Assembly: GCA_032718475.1 (NCBI GenBank)
Contig: JAUCBJ010002907.1
Location: 31,356-95,355 of the forward strand
Source: Nemertoderma westbladi
Taxonomy: Eukaryota > Animalia > Xenacoelomorpha
Length of the DNA stretch: 64,000 bases
Direction of reading: 5' to 3'
Part shown: one piece after another, positions 38,478-51,008 of the stretch
Numbering within the stretch: the first letter of the stretch is position 1
Layout of the letters: every line of letters begins with the position of its first letter
Notes under the pieces: model-generated
Told to the model about the DNA's origin: nothing
Databases searched by the model: none
The model's input: only the letters and a program-made list of their open reading frames with translations
Program-made: the position numbers and the translations under genes

Positions 38478-41400
38478 TTAAGTCTGTTATTATTTACTCT
38501 ATAGCAGAATTTAATGAGGATTTCAAATCTGAAAACCGCTTAGCGAAACCTCTTTTAGTTCTCGAGTTCTCGCTGTTTTTCTGTATGACGGTCTGTCAGT
38601 CAAAATGTATGACAGACAGACAACCGACAGACAGACAGACTAGATTCCACCCAAACTTAAAACTGACATCAGAAATGAAATGAATAGACCGCGCACCCCC
38701 TTCGCCCTTCGAAATACTCCACTTGCCATGCAGCGCCCGCTTTATGAGGAAGGTAAGACTTTGTTTGACGCCCTTGCCCGATGTAAGACCTATAGATCAG
38801 GGTAAGCGTGACGCCGTCCTGGGACGCCGCAAATTTAAGATCAAATAACTATATTTTGGCAGAACCCCCCCCCCTTGTCAGTAGTACGAACCCCTGGGTT
38901 GCCTGTATACCTCACAGGTGCGAATTATTGCCGTTCGTCAGTACGCGAGTACACATTAGGTACGGACAGCATATGTTCCATAATTTAGTGATTCGTAGTA
39001 CTGACCGTTTGGTACCGGTTCGCTTTGTAGAGCATACATTAGTACCCTACCCCCGCCTGAAGTTAGTTATTTGATCAGGCAAGGAGCATTTCTGCTACCG
39101 GCACACCGCTTGGCCTAGGGAGGTTTTATTAATATCCTACCGCGCCTTGCCACGTACTGATAGGTATTGCTGCTAACTACCGCAGCAACAAAGTTCTAGA
39201 ATCAAATTTGTATACAAGATCAGCTAACGTACGGTAGCGATTAACCCCTATTTCTTATCTTACAACCAGAATCTGGTATTTGTGCCGATCACGGGTGTAG
39301 TTACTAACACCGTGGTTGCCCAGTTGAGTTGTGGATAGGAATGTTCGCGCTTTTAGACCTTTAGCAGTTTAACCTGCCAAATTTAGGTGTCTTCTAGGTT
39401 ATAAATCGACTTTAGCCTATAACAAGTATTTGATACACATAAAGCTACATTAGCCGAAGCCAGCCTATGCGCGATCATTCACCCACGGTTAAGGGAGACT
39501 GGATTCGAATGCTCTGACCTTATTGCGGTGTAGGCCTACGGTACTATTCGATTGATCGTTAATATATAATCTCTGACAAATATTATTCACTTTCGGGAAA
39601 TATTAACAGTTCCTTTAGGAAGTATGTTCAGTTCCATGGTGGTGCAAGTGCATATTAAGTACAACCAGTCTCGCTTGTCCCATGGTAGTGCAAGTGGATA
39701 TTAAGTGAAACCAGTCTCGCTTGTCCCATGCTGGCGCGCAGCCCGGTAAGAAGTATCCTCAATGCGGAAAACAACAGTTTCGCTGTCGCTGTCACTGTAC
39801 ATAGTTGGAGGAACAACAAAATTCAAATGTACGATTTGCTCCATCTGCGTGAGATAGCCCTTTTGCCCTGGAAAATGATTTTAATTAAAAGATAACTTAA
39901 TTTAATTTCATAGTTAATTAGTACAAAAGTATTAATATTTTCATTTTATTCAAATTTTATATTACGTTTTATTTGTATCTGTTCCACTGCGTCTTTAACC
40001 CATTTAATTTGGTTTGTGTAAGCGGATCCATTCCGTTATACACTTCCTACCAATAAATGGGAATGAACTGATTTATCAGTTCATCTAATAATCAATTTAC
40101 TGTAATCACGGTAAACTATCTGAGCCTTTATTAACAACGATAATTAACAACAAACTCTTATTTTAACCAGCCTTCTGCAATCATTATTCCCTAACCTGGC
40201 GATGCGTAGTATTTGCAACACCAGTCGATCGGTTGGGATCCGTTTATCCAACCGGGATCCTGTCACAGTTTGGGAATAGAGCGAATTTTTGCGCTAATAT
40301 TTCACAGTCTACATCATTTTTATACTCAATGTGGGCGGGATTGGGTGACATCCTTCTCAATAAGGCAGTTCTCGAGTTTTATCAGTATTGTTGATTGGTG
40401 AAGCTCTCCTTCATTAACTCAATTAATTATTAAGTCCAGAAACTAAAAATATTTGAACAAAGTTAGGAATGTTAGGTGGTGCGAGTCTTATGCTGGGTTC
40501 AGGCCTATCTGGATCACATCGATCTCTCAGCATCACAAATGGATCACATGTCAAGATCTTCTGACTCCGATTCCATCTCCATCCACAACTCAGTGCAATA
40601 ACTATACATATACAACTACGAATGCTGGATATATACTGGATGTATTCTGTAATGTTAAAAGCTAATGTTAATGTTCAAGTTAGAAATTTTAATGACAAAA
40701 ATAAAAAATGGTCAAAACCTGGCAATTTTTAAATGCCAGATGTGCTCTTGCAGCACTGTAGGTTTGACATGATTCAAATTTCCCACAGCTAGGGAAGGTT
40801 TCTCTATAAGGAATAAACCAATATTCCTTATAGGGAAATACCCTATATTTTTAATAATTTTGATGTTTCATTTTTCAGAAATATTTTGCAGTTTTAACAC
40901 ATTTTTCGAATTCCCCGCTTCCCAGTTGGTCTGAGTGGTTTGATAATTGGCTAGAGATGTATCTGACTGACATACACAAAAATTTTATGAAATTTCATCT
41001 ATGTGTTCAAAAGCTATTGTCATTCAAAGGTGGTCACAATCCATAGTTTTCGTATAAGGAAATATTCAAAATAGGCGAATCCCCTATATATAAAAAAATT
41101 ATTCCTTATGTAGCATATTTTCCAGTGCGAAACTATAAACTATGAAATGTTTTCCATTTGGGAAATATCAGAAAATATTACTGATAGTAAGTAGTAGGGT
41201 AGATACTGAGATAATTACGAAATTATACATTTCCAGCAGTCATGCAGTATTAATAATATAAATTTCATTTTTACTCTCACTAAAAGTAAATAATAGATCT
41301 AGTCATACCCATTATGTATTTTTATAATATTTCTAAGTTATTTAATTCCTACAATATTGAATTGTAAGATTCAATGGTTGGGAGAAAATATGTGCTTTGA

Positions 41401-42508
41401 TTAATTACCAGAGCACTGACTGACTCTTTGATTAGAAGTGACTCTAAACAACTTATTTGGAAAGATAACCAAAGAAAAGAAAATGTCTCATGGAAAGTAC
41501 ATTTGTTGTCAATGCTGCAAGTAACATGCTGTTGTCAATGCTGCAAGTAACATGCCTCAATAACACAAATATCTACCAGTGGTGGTTGGTGGTGTACCAG
41601 TAGTCAGTGTTGCAGATCCAGTACTTGTTCTACTGGTAATCAGAGTGTAGCTGGATCTAATTTATGACCACCGGTATTAGGAATACCACTAACGAGCCCA
41701 TGGGTTCGAATATCAGTTTGATGAGCTAATTAATAAGTGCAATTAATGCAACAACCAATTCTCTAAAACCGAATGAGAGAAGTCTCGAAATTATCATAAA
41801 TAAAATGGTATTATAAATACACCCATTACTAATTATATTTTTATTGCAAGCATCTGGATTTCCTTTGGTTGATTTTTAACTGCCCTCACAGGAAATAACG
41901 TTTTGAAAACAGCAGAACAACTTTGTTATTTGACAAATGCATCATTTATTGGTTCATTTAACTACAACATATCTGGGATGTGCAGGTTCGGATTTGCTAG
42001 TGCTTGGACGTTACGCGAATTAATACAGAAAAATGCAATACAGATTACATATGCCACTAAATGATATAAAATACATTGCTGATAATAATCAACGAAGCAG
42101 AACCTTATCGCCCCTATAAATTGTATTTTTGTTGGGAATTTATTGCCCCCCAGTTCTGAGTTTTGAGGAACTTATCGCCACTGGGTCTTTATCGCCCCCG
42201 AGTCTTTATCGCTCCCGAGTCTTTATCGCCCCTGTCATTATATATACAGGATACTTTCCCCCAACTTTCTCATACTTCCTCTAAGTCACATATTTTACTG
42301 TAGTTATAGTTTACATTTATATTGATACTCAAATAGTTTCAGTTAGAGGAGGCCTACAATTAGAAATTATATTATTCATATTTTCATATTCAATTCATAG
42401 ACTAAGCAGCTGCTTGATTTAGTGTTAACAATCTGGGCTTTCATTCTGGAGGCTCCAGGTTCGATCCCTGGACGATGCATGTTTTTACTGTTTTGGCACG
42501 GGCTTTAA

Positions 42509-45500
42509 CCCTATTAAACCCGGGGGGGGGGGGGTCAATATTTAATTATTTATTTAATTCTTTATACCAGGCCAGTAGGAAAGCCCATAAAAACATACAG
42601 TATAATAAAGTATAGAACAGTAAGCACAATTCGATAAATCATGTTAGATGTAAATATGTAAAAAATAAAGAAAAATATATATATTAGGGCCCCGATCCGA
42701 AAAGCACAATAAATAATAAATTACATGTACAATGAATACGGTGAATAAATTAAATATCATTGTCTACACCAATGATACGACTCGTCTGGAACGTTGCATA
42801 AGTTACGGTTTGGACAAGGCTGTTCTGGGACTCTCTCACACGATGCAATAATGACTCATGGGCACTGTGACGGATATGAATGACTTTGGGGAGATTGAGT
42901 ACTCCACACATGTATGAAACACTGCAATCAAATTTGAAGCCAAAAAGTTTCCTAATGATATTGTTATAAGCTACGCGGAATTTATCAAAGATGGAAAGAG
43001 TGTAATTCCGTCTTGCCCATAATGCGTTGCAGTAAACCTGGGTGCAAAAGGCAAGAAATAACTTTACTTTAATGTTCTTAGAGCAGTGGAAAAACTTCCT
43101 AATTAAGAAATTCCCCCTTCTGTATAGACTAGATAACTGATTGAGGATGTCGAAGCTATCGTCTGTAGTATTGTGGAGTATGTGCCCTAAGTACTAAGTA
43201 AGTGATTTAGGTACTATAGACATAAACTTAGATTTTTTACTATTTACAATAATTGAGTGACTATCTGCGTATTCTGAGTAAGAGGAAATCAATTTCATAA
43301 TACCTGCTATTGAGTTAGATAACATAGCTAAGTCGTCGGCGTACATTAAATGATTACATCTCCTATTGTTTATACTACATCCTAAGTTAGTGCCACTAAG
43401 TGCCTTACTAAGATCATCTATGTAAACTGCGTAGAAGTAACCAGAAAGAACCCCGCCCTGTTTTGTACCATTAGCGACCTGGAAACTATTAGAAGTACAA
43501 CCGCCCCGTCGTACTGATAAACTTTGAAACCTGTACCAGAATCTAATTAATCTAACATAAAACAGTGGAATGTCGCGGTCTACCAACTTTGAGAATAACT
43601 TGTAGTGGTTAACTAGATCAAATGCTTTACTGCTATCTATGAAACATATGTAAATAGTACTGTCATTATCTAAGTAGTTTTGAATGATTTCCTTTAATGT
43701 AAATACACAAAGTTCAGTACCAGATTTACTTTTAAAGCCAAACTGTGAGTCAGTTGTTTGTAGTTTACTACCGAACCTCTCAAGATAAACTAATTCTGCG
43801 AATTTTGCTGGCAATAGATGCTAGGGCTATGCCTCTATAGTTATCGAAACTGGTGATGTCGTCATTCTTATCCTTCACGATGGTGAGGATATTGCATCGT
43901 ATGAGATCGTCAGTAACATAGCCGTGAACATTAAAAGCCGTTAATATACTAGCAAGGTGGAAAAAAAGACGAGGCGTACCATTAGTATAGTGTTCACTAG
44001 TCAGTCCATCAGGGCCGACTTTTCCCGATGATAATCTACCAATAGCAAATGCTACCTCAACACCAGTAACAACCATTTCACCATGGTAATGGAAAGTAAT
44101 ATTATTAAATTGAGTTTCAATATTGTCTTTCTCAGAATCGTTATTTACTTTATTATATAAGTTGACGAATTTTTCCTGAAATAAATTGCAGATATCGTGT
44201 TCACCAACGGCGTTACCGACTTTACTAGACAGTGTAACGTTAGTGTTACAGTGTTTTTTCACATTTTTCCGAAAATCATTTTGATTTTGTGAATATAACG
44301 ATTCTGCAAGTTTATTTGCACGAAGCTCTGTATCCTTACGTTTACATTGCTTCATCGCACATTTAAAATCAAGTTTAGCATGATAATATTCACGAAAAAT
44401 AGGACCGGATCGGGGGCACCCATGTGTGCGCCATATACTGAAAAATAATTTTGATTCATTGTATTTGTCCTTCAGGAACTCGTTCCATCCAGGCACGTTC
44501 TTCGACTTCGCATTGTTGCGAGGACCTTTCATTTTTGGAATTGTACGGTCCGCAGCCAAATGTAATGCACTAGTTATATCATTGTAATATTTGTCTATAG
44601 AAAATTTATGGGAACTGATGCTGCATTGAGCGTCATTACAGTTACAGACATCAGCAGGGACAGTAATATTACCAAGTAAGTTATTCAGAACAGCCTGGTA
44701 CTCAGTAATATTAGCAATGGACGCCCTACTCCAATCGCACTTCTTTACGGTTGGCATGCCGCTATTAAAATTATTATTAGGAACTTCATTTGCATCGATA
44801 TCGTAAATTTCAGCAGCAGCTATATCAAATATACATGTTACCGGTAAATGGTCTGAAACACATAAATCATAATGGATATTTACAGACGAAAGTAGCGTTG
44901 CCATACTACCTGAACAAGCTACGTGATCGAGCCATGATGTAGTATTATGAGCTGCGCTGATGAACGTAAATGAATCAGGTGTTAGAAAAGTGTTATCGCA
45001 TAAAAACATGTTAATATTATTGCACCAACTTTCAGTAAAATTAAAATATCTTGATGGAATATTGGCATTAAAATCACCTACGATGACGCAGTGAGAGCTT
45101 TTCTCACAATCAATTATACCGCTCAGTTTACCTAATGTTTCTAGAAACTCGTCATCATTGTCATTACATTCATAAGGCATATAAATGTTTAAAAATAGCA
45201 CTGATATTTTATTACTAGTTTTTAAACGTAGACCTAATATTCTGGGTTCATTGTAATCAGCTATTTCGATGGACTGTGCGATATTTTTCTTGTATAGGAA
45301 ACCAAAGCCCCCAAAAGGCCTACCTTGCAATAAGGACTGGCTATAATCGACAGGAGAGGTTCCACGGGCAAAGTATCTATCATCTAAAGTTGAAAGTACA
45401 CCTAAATCCTGCTTAGCTAACAAATGTTCTTGCAAGCAGATTATATCGGTAGATAAATCACATAAGTCAGTTACAACCTTCCTAGACACTGCAGTTCTAA

Positions 45501-46924
45501 CAGAATTGCAATTGTAGGAAGCAACGGAGAAATTGCTTATGTTAGTTTGTTGTTTTGCCATTGCGCTAATTACAATCACTAGTATTACGGAGATAATATA
45601 GCTACCCATAATATTACAGTTACTTGCAGTTGGGAATCTGAAATTTTATGACTTTTTTAACCGTTTTCAAAAATATTGGGTAGTTTTTGAGTTATAGCAC
45701 CATTTTTTAACCATACTTTTGAAATATGTCAATTTTGTAAATTGATTGGTTGAAACTTTTTTTTTTTTACGCAATTGGGGTTTTTTGAGGTTCTGGTTTC
45801 GATGGAATATATACGATTTGCGCCTAGCGTATCAAACTTGTATTTTTCGGTGCTGTGTTCAAATTTTGGTGCTAGCACGAAATTTTGAAAATCCATTCAA
45901 TAGATAAAATTGCTTGTGACAATTTATTTCTTGCGTTTTAGAGGTTTATGGCTGTTCTGAATTCAATGGAATATATATTTATTGAACTAGACATTTAAAA
46001 CTTGTATTTTTCGTAATTGGGTGCAAAATGTGGTGCTAGCACCAAATTTTGAAAACCATCAAATATATAAATTGATTGTGTCACCTTGTTTCTTGCGTTA
46101 TACGGGTTTGTGAGGGTTCTGAATTCAATGGAATCAGTAAAAATTTCATAAGAGTTTTCAAACTTGTATTTTTTGCCCGTGGGTGAAAATTGTTGTGCCA
46201 GCACCAAATTTTGGAAAATAAGCAAATTGATCAGTAGATAGTATCATCTTGTTTCTTGCATTATACGGGTTTATGAGGGTCCTGATTCTGATGGAATCAA
46301 TAAAAACAGCACGGGACATCGCAAACTTGTACGTTTTGGTGATGGGTACGAAATTTGGTGCTAGCACGAAAATTTGCCAAATTACGCCGAAAAATACAAG
46401 TAGCAATGATCTGGCATATTTGAAATGTATTCCATTAGAATCAGCGCCCTAGAAAACCTGAAAATGTGAATTTATAGCATCGTATAAGTGAATTAAAAAT
46501 TTTGTGTTCTAACTGAAAAGTGCTGGTTACTTGTTTTTTTCATTTTTTTTCCTACGTAGAGAGGACTAAACAACCATTTGTAGTAATCATATAATTTTTA
46601 AATATTTTCCAATGTATATTGCGCCCCAGAAAACCTGTATTGAAAAACAATTAGCCGAAAAATGTAACTTTCAAATGTTGTGAAAATTGTGCACTACTTG
46701 TAATTTTGGTGCTGCAATATTACCACCCCAGTACATTTTTTCGAAAATGTACTGTCGGATTTTCGGTCGGATCCGGACTAGTGATACCTACACGTACAAA
46801 CAAAAAAATCAGACGTTTTCGTAAAAATTTGTAGATTTTAGGGGGGGGGGGGGGGGGGGGGGGGTGGTCAATATGACCCCCTCCAGGTATTTGTACAACA
46901 TTTTATAGCCCGGTACTAATATGG
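42509..46924 (-). mobile_element. Second, inverted copy of the piggyBac-like element, interrupted by a LINE
   Basis: TTAA|CCCTATTAAACCCGGG at 42509; 45636-46924 is largely the reverse complement of 15444-16800; ends CCCGGTACTAATATGG|TTAA. Confidence 0.88.
42542..45630 (-). mobile_element. LINE ORF2 (APE endonuclease + RT), frameshifted; clade not assigned
   Basis: SYNCNS, IICLQEH, GDFNAN, SWLDHV, SDHLPV (APE); QFGFK, FIDSSKAFDLV, GTKQGGVLS, YADDL (RT). Frameshift near 43790; AT-rich tail at 42542-42560. Confidence 0.9.
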
Positions 46925-48009
46925 TTAAATGCTGCAGACTAGCACTACCAAGGTTTTCATCCTTTGCCGGTCGATAAATGAGAACCAAGGTAACTTGGAA
47001 AACAGAGTGGAAGGTTTTACTGTCGAAGATCACCCATTATGGTGAATAGGCATTCCTTTAGAGTGGACGGGTTTAATGTGGAAGATCACCCTTGACGGCG
47101 TACAGACATTCCCTAGCTTACTGAGCCTAAATGTTACTATTTTAATCAACTCGATTTATTTTAACGGGTTTTTTGCACTAGACCTTTGTACTTATTATTC
47201 CAATTTTACCTATGCCAGTATACATGCAGTTTAATTTAATGATTTTAAAATACTCTATGTTTCGCACTAAAACTGTGTACATACAGTATGTGGCGTTAAA
47301 ATAATACATAGTAATTTATACAGTTCTTATTTCAAATAACATATTATTTTTATTTATAACATTTGTACTTAGGCAACTCAATGTATGTCATGTGTCTCGT
47401 AATTTAACTGCAAAACTACTGTATTATGACACTATAATAAACAACAATACAAATACCAATGCCAACGTTTCTCCCATTTAAAATTCATATCTGTCACAAT
47501 GTCGATAAGTTACCAGGGGCGATAAAGATCCGGGGGCGATAAAGACCTGTGGGCGATATGTTCCCAAGGGGCGATAAGTTCCCAGGGGGCGACAAGGTCC
47601 AGAGGCGATAAAGACGCAAGGGGCGATAAGGCCCTACAATCATAATCAACACATAAAAAAACATACCATATTGTCACAACAAATTTTCTGGAAAGTTTAT
47701 GAAAAAGTCTTTTATTATACAAATTTTCAGAAAAATTAGTTTAAAAAGTTTGATTCAGAGATTGATGACCATACCCCTGTGATTCAGAAGGTCAATCAAT
47801 GTATGCTGCCAAAAAACAATTGCCGTTTGCCTTTAGTACTTCGCCGGTGAAACAAGGAGCGGAATTTACATTCAGAGATAATATCACTGCTGGTACTGCA
47901 AAATGTGAAAAATTGATAATTTATAAAGAATGCTACCTTGAGGGAGAGATAAACTATATTTCAAGTCAAATGTAAGATTATATAACTGCACATAACAAGT
48001 TGCATATAG

Positions 48010-50898
48010 CTAGCTATACACACACTGCTTTGCCAAAAAAATTGCCAGACATTTGATTTTTTCAATAGAGTTTGAGCCTACTAAGTCTTTATATTTATTT
48101 AATGTGGGGTTTCCGTGGTAACGAGCAGACAAATGAATTACTCTGAGATCCTGATAGACTGGGCATTTTAGCAAAAAGTGATATTCATCCTCAATAACCG
48201 CAAACATACAGACAGGGCAATAACGTTCATTACGGGGTGTGCTATTCCATCTACCTTGCTCGATCATTAGGGAGTGAGATGATGTACGGAATCTCGCAAG
48301 CGACCGACAGAGTCTGGGGTACCTGTGTAGAACATTCAGGTAGGATTCCTCCTGGAACAAATACTTAACGTAGAGCAGCGATTTGGGAGAAGAACTCACT
48401 AGTGACCACCACTGTTGGATATAATTATCTTGGAGTCGTGTCCTGAGCTCTGCTAAGAATAGGGTTTGGTGTTCTACGTACTGGTTGTCCCAAATTTCCC
48501 GGAAGCCTAAGGATCCTAGAAGGTCCCGAACATTGGAGGCCCAGTTAACTGAACTGAAAACCAAGCAGTCATGAAGTTGGAGAAGATAGGCCTTCTTAAC
48601 GAGACGGTAGTTAGGGAGATTCAAAATACGAATCCAATACTTAATAATACTAAGTTTTCTGGAAATTGAGAGCGGAAAATAACCAGTTTCACCATACACC
48701 ATAAAATCGGGTGTCGAAGTCTTGACGCCGAGTATAAATTTAAGAAATTTTAGAACGATCCGATTAATAGCATCCGAATTATGAAAACCCCAAACTTCGC
48801 AGGAGTACATTAATATAGGACGGATAAGAGAATTAAACAGATGCAGCTTAAGTTTAAATGATAAATTGGGGTACTGTCTGAGATACTTAAGGAGAGTGAA
48901 ATACGCTTTATTGGCTTTGTCTGCAAGAGATTGCTGGGCAAGAGTGAAGCTACCAGATGGGGTGAATACAATACCAAGGTAAGAGTAGGAAGAAACTACT
49001 TCCAGGGGGCTACACTTATACAACCAGTGTTCGTTTCGACGGAGAGGCCCGCCTTTACGAAAGACCATAACCTTGGATTTACTTAGATTAACTTTCATTC
49101 CCCAGAATGAACTATAGTTACCCAGAATGTCCAGAGCCTTCTGGAGACCAACAGCTGTGTCGCTTAGCAACACGATATCGTCAGCATAAAGAAGAAGAAA
49201 TAATTTAAAAGTCCCAAGATCAATCCCAGGAGCACCTCCGCGGATCAACTCCAGCTCAAGGTCATTGATAAATAAAGAAAAAAGCAATGGGGACAATGAC
49301 TCACCCTGTCTAACACCAACTAGACAAGGGAAACTCTCACTGTAGACTCCACCCCAACGGACACAAGATTTAACTTCGGCATACATACTCTTAATAACTT
49401 GTAGAATTCGACCAGAAAATCCAAGATTGAAAAGTTTATGCCAGAGAGCTGATCGGTTAACTAAATCGAAGGCTTTTTGAAAGTCGACGAATGTGCAGAA
49501 TAATCTGTTATAATTACCGGAATAAAGAAAGTGATTTATTAAAGTGCTAAAAGTAAATATGTGATCAGAAGTGCAAAAGTCTTTCCGAAAACCCCCTTGA
49601 CTGTCCACTAAAATCCCAAAGCAGTCGGCCCACCATTGTATTCTGGAATTAAGTAACCACGTGAATAACTTCCCCACCACACTCAGTAAAGAGATACCAC
49701 GATAGTTACTAGGGTCTAATACAGAGCCCTTCTTCTTGTAAATCGGTACAATGATTGCCGAGCACCACTGCTTAGGGAATATTCCTGAGTACAACACTGA
49801 GTTAAAAACGGCAGTAAGTACAGGTAGTAATGTTGACTGCCCACACTTTACGAATTCTGGTAGAATGTTATCAGGGCCAGCCGACTTGCCAGCTTTCATA
49901 TTACTTATACCTATTCGAACTTCCTCCTCTGAAAAGGCATCACCAAGGATTGTATTAAATATAGTAAAACTAGATTCGAACAGTGGATGTCTATCTGGAA
50001 TGAAGTCATGACCGGAGGGTTGACTACTTTCGACGTCCTCGTCAAGATTATTAAGGGAGCGAAAGTGACGCTCAAAAGACTCGGAAGTTAGTGTGGTTGA
50101 TTCAGTGGGATTGCTGCTATCACTAGATTTTAGTAGTCTCCAAAACTTTTTACAGTCCTTCGCTTTAAAGTCTTGCAGTTTTTTCGAATTGTTAAGTTGA
50201 AATTCATACTTTGCACGTTTAATAACTCGTGAATAATCACTCCTACTTTTTGATAACCTGGCCCGGTTGAAATCTGTTCTATTAGACTTCCACACATTTA
50301 GGGCAACGGAAAATTGCCTTTTGTGGTAATGACACTCCTCGTTGTACCAATTGTTTGCCGAAAATTTGTCACTGGTTGAAACCAGTTTATTTTTGTTGGT
50401 ATTCGGACCACAGAGATCGAGCAGTAGTAAATTTAGTTTGTCTACAGCACTATTGATAATATTCGGGGAATAAATTCCACTTGATAATGAATCTAAAATT
50501 TCGTTTAGGATAGCTTCACTTTCATATTAAATCCATCCATAACACTCACATGAGGATAAACTTTCCCTTATGTAAACTGATACACCGCCACTAAAACGTT
50601 TAGCGAAGCGGTGTTTTCTAGATCTAAACACAGATTTGGGGCACCCAAAACCCGGAATATCTAAGTCAATAGTGTGCGCTGGACCAAGCCAGGTTTCCGT
50701 ACACACAAATACGTCATATCCATTAACCATACTTATGAAGCTACAATCACACAAGCGTGCCGCCAAACCCTCAACATTTAATGTACCGATACGGATAGGA
50801 CTCGACTCGAAATTATACTGGCCCACCAGATGTAGAAGGCCCAGAAACGCGCCCCAGTGGCCCAAGCCCCAACGGTCTAGTTGGTGAATAACATGCAT
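48010..50898 (-). mobile_element. RTE-X-like LINE ORF2: APE N-terminus (50527-50800, rest deleted) + RT + C-terminal CCHC
   Basis: GTLNVEGL, VCTETW, SGGVSVYI; NYRGISLL, FVDFQKAFDLV, GVRQGESLSPLLF, LLYADD, YLGI, CPVC...EDEYHFLLKC. Confidence 0.88.
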
Positions 50899-51008
50899 TT
50901 ACATTAAACTGGTTAGCTACATTTACTTCCGAAAAGGAATCTGTCTGGTTAGAAGTATTGGGGCTACCTAGGTGCCATCCCCATCTGTGGTTCCTTGAAA
51001 ACCCAAAC

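Larger units (their letters stand above)
42402..47060 (+). mobile_element. tRNA-derived SINE split at TTAA by a piggyBac-like insertion (head 42402-42508, body 46925-47060)
   Basis: Joining GGCACGGGCTTTAA and ATGCTGCAG reconstitutes the intact copy at 38238-38477 (GGCACAGTGCTTTAAATGCTGCAG). Confidence 0.8.
42094..47641. mobile_element. Mutator/foldback-type MITE with TTATCGCCCC arrays; outermost shell of a four-level nest
   Basis: Left array 42104-42232 (TTATCGCCCC) and inverted right array 47515-47630 (GGGGCGATAA); 9-bp TSD ATAATCAAC at 42085-42093 and 47642-47650. Confidence 0.8.
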
